Below are positions 51,801 through 60,800 of a stretch of 64,000 nucleotides of DNA, piece by piece. The notes beneath the pieces are model-generated. The model worked only from the letters and a program-made list of their open reading frames with translations. It did no database searches and was not told the DNA's origin. Source of the stretch: Antedon mediterranea (Eukaryota; Animalia; Echinodermata). A program made the translations under genes and the position numbers. Where the stretch lies: positions 15,100,948 through 15,164,947 of the forward strand of contig NC_092673.1 in NCBI RefSeq assembly GCF_964355755.1, written 5' to 3'. Position 1 is the stretch's first letter, and every line of letters begins with the position of its first letter.

Positions 51801-54800
51801 TTAGATTGATGATTTTTTTATTAAAAAAAAATTTGTCGCACATGAAAAAATACCCTACTTTTTAAGAGTTTTATATATGCTAATTAGTAATTAATTAGTA
51901 AAAATTAAATTAATTAATAATAAATTATTGTCAAGATGCTATTTAACGTAAGTGTAAAATATTAAAACGCTAGGTTGCTACGTTTGGCTTCCAGAGGCTG
52001 TTAAACTTAATGTAAATTATACACAAAAAATTAACAAAATTGGCCGATTAGGTTTACTTACATCAAGGTCTACCAATGTGCAAAATATGAGCCAATTAGA
52101 AATTTTGACCCTTGCCACCTAATGTTTGATTTTTAGTGACTGGCTCTCTTAAGTAGTTGAAATTGAATACTAAAATGATAATGTTTAAGAGGTTGTGAAT
52201 AATAAATTAAATTTGTTTATATAGGAACTTTCATTTCTGGTTGGAGAACAATTAAACTATACATTGGATCAAGTAAAAATAGACCTGAATGGTGAGTTTT
52301 TCAAATTAATTTATTCCTCAATTTTGAGTCCTGTAAACAATCTAAATGTTGTAACTTAGTCTTTTTTATCATGATAATTATATAATATATATTTTTGGAT
52401 GTATACTGTGGAATTTCCATAATGCAACTCAAAATTCTACCCATAATGCAATCCTTCCACCCACAATCCTACACATAATCCAACCCATAGAATAGTACTA
52501 TACTACAAATAACAAAAATAACAAAAACTTTTAGTCCCACCCAAAATCCTTAAATTTCATAAATACAATTGTTTTAATATTCAAGATTATCTCCATAATA
52601 TGTAAGTAACTTAATTTCTATTTTTTTTAATTTTTTTATTCAAAATGTCAACTTAATCAACAATTGATAAGAAATTCTAAATGGTTTCTTAAATAAGAAA
52701 ACGTTCAAAAGCAGTACACAACTCATTATTATTTTATAATGGTTTATTTTTGCGTTTCTTGGTTACTTATTGCATACTGGCTATTTTTAGTCTGTATAGT
52801 TAAGGTTCCTTTTGTGTTTAAGTAACTAAATTTCTCCATAGTAATAAAGTTCAAACTATTTTTTTTCATAACTCTTTATGGCAACTTCAAACTAGTAATT
52901 TTAATATACTAATAATATAATAATTTAAATCCAAATGCAAATTATTGAAAATATGACATTACTGTGGGTATCAGTGGCTGGATCTCAACGAAGCTAAATC
53001 AAAATGATAAAGTAAAACAGCCAGATTTTGCAATATCATGAAAGCCCCAGTGGTCTAATGGTTAGGACATCTGCATATTAAGCAGACGGTCCGAGTTCGA
53101 GTCTCGGTTGGGGAGATTTTTTCTCATTCTCACAGATTTCCTCATCTTTATCGTTTCAAATTAATTAATTAAATCTCAGTATATCACCGGGCGGTTTAGA
53201 AATAATGTTCTTTGGCTGTTGTGTTTATATATAAAAGCTCTGCTAATTTTTCTGGCTGTTTTACTTTTACTTAGCTTTTCGCTTTTTTTTTTGTATCTCC
53301 ATTGAGATCCAGCCACTGATACCCACGGCATTGTCATTTTTTCAGTAATTTGCCTTTGGATATCTATCAGTATTTTTATTGATGGAGTGGATATATATAT
53401 ATATATATAAATATATGAATGAGAAACTCGATTATATGCAAATAGATTAACAAATTACTTGACATGTACTTTAACATTAAAAAAATTAAAATAAACTAAG
53501 ACTCATTTAAATACATATATTCAAATAATAAAGTGAAAGAGGTACAGTAATATGCCCTATTAAATTGAAAAAAACATTCAAGGGCTTACATAACAAAATT
53601 TTATTTGAGATCCACCTGTTCGTATTTGTGGATGGAAAATGCGATTGGCTGATTACGATGATCCAATGTTTTCATTACATTCAGAAAACAGGAAAAATTG
53701 AATTAGTTGGTAGAATGCAGAATGACATTCTGAATTTGCAGTATATATATATATATAAATAGTCATTGTTATTAAAAGGCCAATATCCACAGACGAGCGG
53801 TAATGGTAAGCAAAAAAACGCATAGCTTGTCCCACGTTGAACAATCTGTATCTATTCTCAGCGGAAACCGCTCGTCTGCTCTACGCTGTGTGTAAATGGT
53901 CATAAGGAAAAACATAGATTCTATATTTTTAATAACGTTACCGCTCATCTTATAAATTGGCCTTACTATTCAATATCTATATATAAATTATGGTTAATTC
54001 TGACATAGGCGAGCACAATGGAAAAACTTCGGTACTAATCTCCGCTTAGGTTATCTACCTTATCTATCTCAGATGTACCGCGAAACGTAGATTTGATAAC
54101 ATTAGTTTTCAGTACTGTGCCATTGTTACATATTTCTATCTTAGGAAGATATTATAAAGGGTTTTATAAGAAATTTTCTGATTTCAATCGGTAAATTTTA
54201 ATGCGCACGCACGGTAAGTAATTACCGGGTTCATGGTGAGGTGTGTCAATTACCTTGCAACTTCCCTGCATGGTTGGTTTCAACAAGGGAGTTGTAAGTT
54301 GGCCGTTGGTGCTTGGTGGCGATAGCCATTTGGGTTTTTTGTTTATTTTCGGACCGGAACACCTCCCCAATACAACATCAATCAAAATAATTATCGCCAC
54401 TCCCCCCATCCAAATACCATCTAATAAACACCCATCCACATTTATACACACAATATTGTATTATATTTATAACACAATTATACTATTTTTAGTAGATTTC
54501 ATCGGACTGTTATCTACAATTTACCAAGCATTTGTTATTCTTTTTTACCACTTTTCATATCTACAATAAACACAATACGTAAATTAATTATCTAAGACAC
54601 TGTGAAACAGGTTAGTGAGTAGGTTTAGTTTTACCAATATCAAAAGCATTTAAATAATGGTAACCGACCGAAATCGTCCAGGCTAGAATGTCCTTCTAAA
54701 ACTTTTTACCCGAGTCATTATCATTCCAAGAACCATCTACACTTCCTAGAGGGGGAGCGAGCGAAGCGAGCTCACCCTCTTGTAATGGTAATTCTTTTTG

Positions 54801-57800
54801 AACAAATTTCTAAATCAACTGAACATACTTGAAACGATTTAACGATTTCATGTTGTAGATATTGGTAACTTGGTCGGTGTTCCTGTACGTGATGAATTAG
54901 GTGATGAAGTTGTTCCTGCTATTACATCTGTCAAAGATCTTGCTACAAGTAAGTATCATTGTTTTATATATTGTCGAGAAATTTTGCATCACAAATCATT
55001 AAGTTTTTTCCAAAAGTGAACAATAAACTGAATATTCAGCACGTTTGAGAAAACAAGGGATTTGAACATACAACCTCCAGTTTACTAGGTGATGGTTACA
55101 CCTCATCTTTGTAAATGAAAGGCTATAAAAAATATGTTTCAATTTTAATACACAGTCGGTTTTGGTTTGTTTACTAACTGTATAGTAAATCAATAAGATT
55201 GATTGTGGTATTAAAATCAGAGAAAATCATCAATTCTCCATTGCAGTTTTCTCTCTAGTGATGATCCTGTATATTATATACTTTAAAATTAACTCATTCT
55301 TTTTACTTTTTTTTTCTTTTTTTAAAAATAATTATACCTGTATATTGGTTTGGTGTTTATATACCATACATATATAGAAGTTGGGTAGCCAAGTGGTTAA
55401 GGACACTTGACTGTAATACAGAAAAATCTGGGTTCCATTCCCAACAACTCCCAGTCTATACTCAGCTGTAAATGAGTACCTGGTGAAAAGGAGGATAGGC
55501 GGTATGGAAAGGAACTGGTCAACCTACCACATAATGCAGAGGCTTAGTACAATGAGCTGAGTCCTAACAGCTCATACTCCTACATTCAGAATGAACACAG
55601 GACACCCCTTTACCTACCTTTACCTTATATGTATATATTCCCATGCTCGAGTATAATCCAATCCTAATTTTAAAGCTAAAATCGGGCACAATACTTATAG
55701 GCCTTACGGCGAAGCTGAAAAGTCGCCTGGAAAAGCAATCATCAACCATGATACTTTTTTACCACATATACTGTTAGAAATAAATATTAATAGTACAAAA
55801 GTATAAGTTCAACGAAAAAAACCTGACGGTTGGTGAAAAATTAGCCTCTAAATCGGTAAACTTTTGAACGTTTGTTTTGAATTTCGAGCCATAAGGACAA
55901 CTGAGGGCGTACTATCGTCTGATCGTGCCATTAATTATTACAGTTAAAAGTAGTAAAATGTTATTGTTTTTATTGATAATAAATGTAAGATTTACATTTA
56001 CATAGTTTTAATCGTCTAGGACGTTTTGAATGGATTTAAAATACGATTTATGGGTTTAGTGTACAGCCTGGGTCAATTATTTGACTAATTTACCCGCACA
56101 TAATGGTATCGTCCAAGGTGATGAATATTAAATAGTTAATAGGTAATACAAGAATAAGTACACAGTGATTATATATATATGTTCAGGAAGTTTTTTTTCA
56201 AGCATTGGTATGAAAATAAAAAGGCTATCTGAATGATTTTCCTTTATTATAATAAAGTATACTTTTTTATAACTTCATATTATATATCCCATCTGGTTTC
56301 TATTTTCTGAAATATCCAGTTAAAGATGTATTGTCCCTTTGACTAATTCCAAACAAATAGAAAATAAAAGATTTTGGAAAAAGGTGGCTCATTTTGAAAT
56401 ATCATAATAATTATTAACTATCACCAAAAATTTTTCGAAAAAAAAATCATTTAACTGAAATACAGACGATTTTTTGTTAAAAAAATAACTTGACTTCCAG
56501 TCAAAGTTTTCGATCAAAACATATCCCATAATGAAACGCGCTTGTTTGGCTACTCTGTATGCATAATCATAAAACTTCCTTATGATCTGTGTGAAAATAC
56601 CTTCTCAACCGTGACGAGTTGTAAACAATCCTAATTAGCATTTCATAATGCGTACTCATGGTTTGAAATCTTTATTTACTTTCGCTCGCGACGATTTTCC
56701 AGATGAAATGTAATTAAACTAATTTACCTGTAACTTCTTGTTTTTGGCTCGAATTTTCGACTTAAAGTGAATAACTTTAATATTACTTTGATATGGCCAC
56801 TTTAAATTTAGAATATTTTGACCTTCATTTTTTTGTGTTTCAAGGGACAATACATCATATTATTAATTAATATTAATTGCATTCTAAAGATGACCACAGG
56901 GGAAACAATACAATACCTTTCATAACCACCAGTATTTGTAGTGAGCACGTTTGTGGTTTTTAGGTAGTAGTAATAAGCATACTCAGAAAACACATTTCCT
57001 GGTTCATAAAAATCAATGAAATGTTTACTTTTACATAGTATACTGGACAATTCTTTTATTACTTGGCAAAATAGAATTTTTCTTAGTATAGTACTTGCTT
57101 TGTTTGTTTTTTTAGCATGATAGTGTCTACAATTTGTTATCGTCCTGAATGTTTGGGTGTTACTGTTAATAGTTATATACAGTACTTAGAGAACATGCCT
57201 ATTGATTTTCAGGAAAATTGATATTATATTAAAGTCTGACTTACCTGTATCTTCCATATGAAATATTGAATAGTACGCCCACTGTTTTCTTTTATATTTC
57301 CCCTGATATATTTTGCCAAGTACTTCACTCAGTTTCTGACGGCTTTCATTCCTTTAAGTAACTATTAAGCAAGTCCCTGATATTTTGATTCCACATATTC
57401 TTTGAAACTAATTTAGTCATAGTTTACTGTAAACTTTAAAAGTTGCAGTTGCAATAAAAAGTCGTAGGAAAGATTTAAACTTTGCCGAGTTGGATTTAGA
57501 AATTGTGTCCTGTTTTTTAAAATTTATTTTTTTTATTTAATATACCTGCCTTCCCTACGTTTTTTTAGATCTAATTTACTGTAATGTCACAAACTGTATT
57601 TAAAAATAAATATTACCATATGGTCCTATTGACTTTTTTTCCTCTTCAAATGGTTACAAATGTGAAAAATAAGGTGATTTTAATAATTTTAGTGCCCCAC
57701 TATAAATCCCAGCATGCATTGCACGCAGATTGATTTTTTTTTTCTTTAATTCTCCAACTTTTCGATCGATCGTGAGCCAAAAGAAATAGAAGACTCCCTA

Positions 57801-60800
57801 ACTTTTCATCAAAAATACTGAGTTTTCCCAAATTTGTATCAACAGATTCTGGCAAAAACAGAAAGATAATTAATGCATCAACTATATAATGTCAGGCTAG
57901 GCCTATAGCTAGCGTACGATGTTCGTACGTTACTCATGTTTACCAGCTAGGCCTACAAAACTAAGCCTAGCTAGGCTAGGCCTAAGGATGACCAGCGAGA
58001 GGACATTCACCGCGAGCTACTTAGGTAGTGCATTGTTTCTCTCTTTTTATCATATTAACCATAAAACGTACATTTAAGACAAGGAATGACCTGGTTTAAT
58101 GTTTTCAAAGTAATATATATGCATTACTTTCTTTACTTTTGGTGTGAAAGGGGTACAATACATCACAAATGTATCACTTAATTAAAATGAATTAACAGTC
58201 ATTGAAGAAATAAACCGATAAAACGTGATATACTGAACATTTATTGCTTAATTTAAAACAGTAATAGATGAAAATATGTGAGAAGGAAAAAAGCTGCCCA
58301 GATTGAGATTTGAAATCGGAACCTTCATCTTGATATGCAGATGTCCTACCATTATTTCCACTGGGTTTTTTCATGTTATAGAAAGCAAGTCTTCTTACAC
58401 TGTCAGCGTGGTACGGCGGAACATCACTTGCGCATTCAGACATTTTTAATAATAATTACAAACGTCATAACAATTTGTTACAATATATATTTTTTAAAGA
58501 AAGGTATTAGTGACATAATGTTATTATCTTTCAGGTATTGATGATATTTACGATAAACTTGTCACAGTCACAGACACCCAAAATGAATTGGCTGACCTCT
58601 ACAGATTATTCAAAGCGAAAATTGACCAAGTTAGAACTATCATTGGTGCTGACTGTTCATCTTGTTCATGCTGTAGTAATTCCGGCTTTCCAGATTATGC
58701 CAATGACTACGTATCAAATGTTGATTACCAAGATTTTGGTGTTGAAAATGTAAGTTTATGTAGATTTTTTAAAAGTATTTTATTTAAATTGCAGCTAACA
58801 ATTACAGGATGCCTTATATCAAATAAATTAAACATATATTAGATATCAAAAAAACGCCATAAATAATGAAATAGAATTTCAAATAAATTTACAAAAGTTG
58901 GATTTAAAGATTGACAAATTATTAGTTATATCTTTGGAAGAATTAGTATTATAGAACTAGAGAGTACATTTCCCTCAAAACTGAGAACACATTTGGGTTT
59001 GAAAAGATTCCAACTTGCAACGTACCTCCACTAGAATTCATAGCTTTTCACAAGGTGTTCTTAATGAACTGAACATTGAGTACAATTACATAGCAAACCA
59101 TCTGATTATTATAATTTGTATGTTGATGAGTTTATGTTTGAGGTGCCAAACCGTCAACTTTAATAGTTTCTAGTATTTGCTATGAAATATTAAAATTTAC
59201 AATTTACTTGTTTTCGATTGAAGCGGAAAGAGAGAAAAGATTTTATTTAAGTACAATGTGTGTGATGACACTGATAAGTGATGATAATTTATGCACTTAT
59301 ATAAACAAAATAAGCTATATAAATAAAAGAAAACATATTTTATTTATTATTTAAATAGGAATAACCAATCTTGAAAACAATTTAGGTTGGATTTTATCAG
59401 AAAAACCCAGCAGCCTGATTATATAACTTTGAAATTATGTAACTATGTTTTAGTTATTGATATAGATGATTGTGATATATAAAATATGCAAGTTTTGTTT
59501 AGGGTCTCTTTCCGCAATTTGCTGTTGACCAATCTATAAATGAATTACAAGGACTGAAAGATGATGATCTGGCTTCTGTAGCTGTGGAAGTATGTTTTTT
59601 TATTATTATATTATTTCCAGAACTTCATAAACTAATTTTGTTATTTTTAAAATTAATGCTAAATATAGTAATATTGACGGATTATGAAAAAAGTACTATT
59701 TAACGATCATGCATGATCAAAATTTTTTTTTAGTTGTGTTATAAAATATAATAACTATTCTTTGTTTTTATAATATAAAGGGTGAACAGACGTTTATAGA
59801 CATTCCAGAAACCCTGACAAACTCAACTCGGTCTGATATTGATTGTAAGTATTTGATTACCACAGCATTTGTTTGCATTACTTGCTCATAACAGCTTCTG
59901 AAGTTCATTGACTGAGCGACATTAACATATTCTCATTGCTATGAATATTATTAGACATTATTCAAACTTGGTTGAAGTCCAATGTTCATGAGATCCTACT
60001 TAGGAATTGGATTATAACATAACATCAAGGGAAAACAACAGAAAAGTTATCCATACTAAGTGCTTGATCATATATGAGAGTAATATATTTTTATATCAAA
60101 TTTTAAAGTGTCTATAAAGCACTTTTTGTTTTCCTACATTGTTGTTTATTGATTTTCCACAAATAATAATATATAATATATTTCTTTATAGTTAATTATA
60201 TAGTTATACTAATGAAGTATAAATGTGGATGGTGGTCAAAATAAGTCTAAAAATAGACTTTAAGCAGAGACCACCATTTACAAAATAGAGACATAATTAT
60301 TATATGTGAAAAAATGATTAAAGGCCAATTTACAGAGGCGAGCGGTAACGGTAATCGGAAATCGCGTAGCTTGTCCCACATAAAATCTGTATCTATCCCG
60401 AGCGGAAACCGCCCATCCCTCTGCGCTTTGTATTAAACAATCATAAGAAATAACATAGATTCTATATTTTTATTACCGTTACCGCTCATGTGTTTGTAAA
60501 TTGGCATAAGGGTCATATAAAATGTGATTAACATTATTTGTATTTTTTTTATTAACAGCAATTTCAGAAAATATTGAAGGTTTCCAAGATGATATTCAGG
60601 ATGCAGTTGATGATCTTTCGTCGGATTCGGTATGTTTACATAGAATTTGATTGTAATGATTCAAGGAGCAACAACAAACGTGCAATGGGTTTCTTCACCT
60701 AGACTTGAAGATATATTCCCACCCCCTGAAAAAATAATTTGTTTTAATGTTTTTGTTGAATATGCCATTTTAATGTCATATAATAGTTATTTAATTTGTC

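Larger units (their letters stand above)
42599..52148 (-). mobile_element. Decayed autonomous Sola3 element in prominin B intron 4
   Basis: Right end ...GGCTCTC|TTAA; deleted left TIR (42604-42716) matches 51440-52045 inverted; encloses a transposase relic. Confidence 0.7.
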
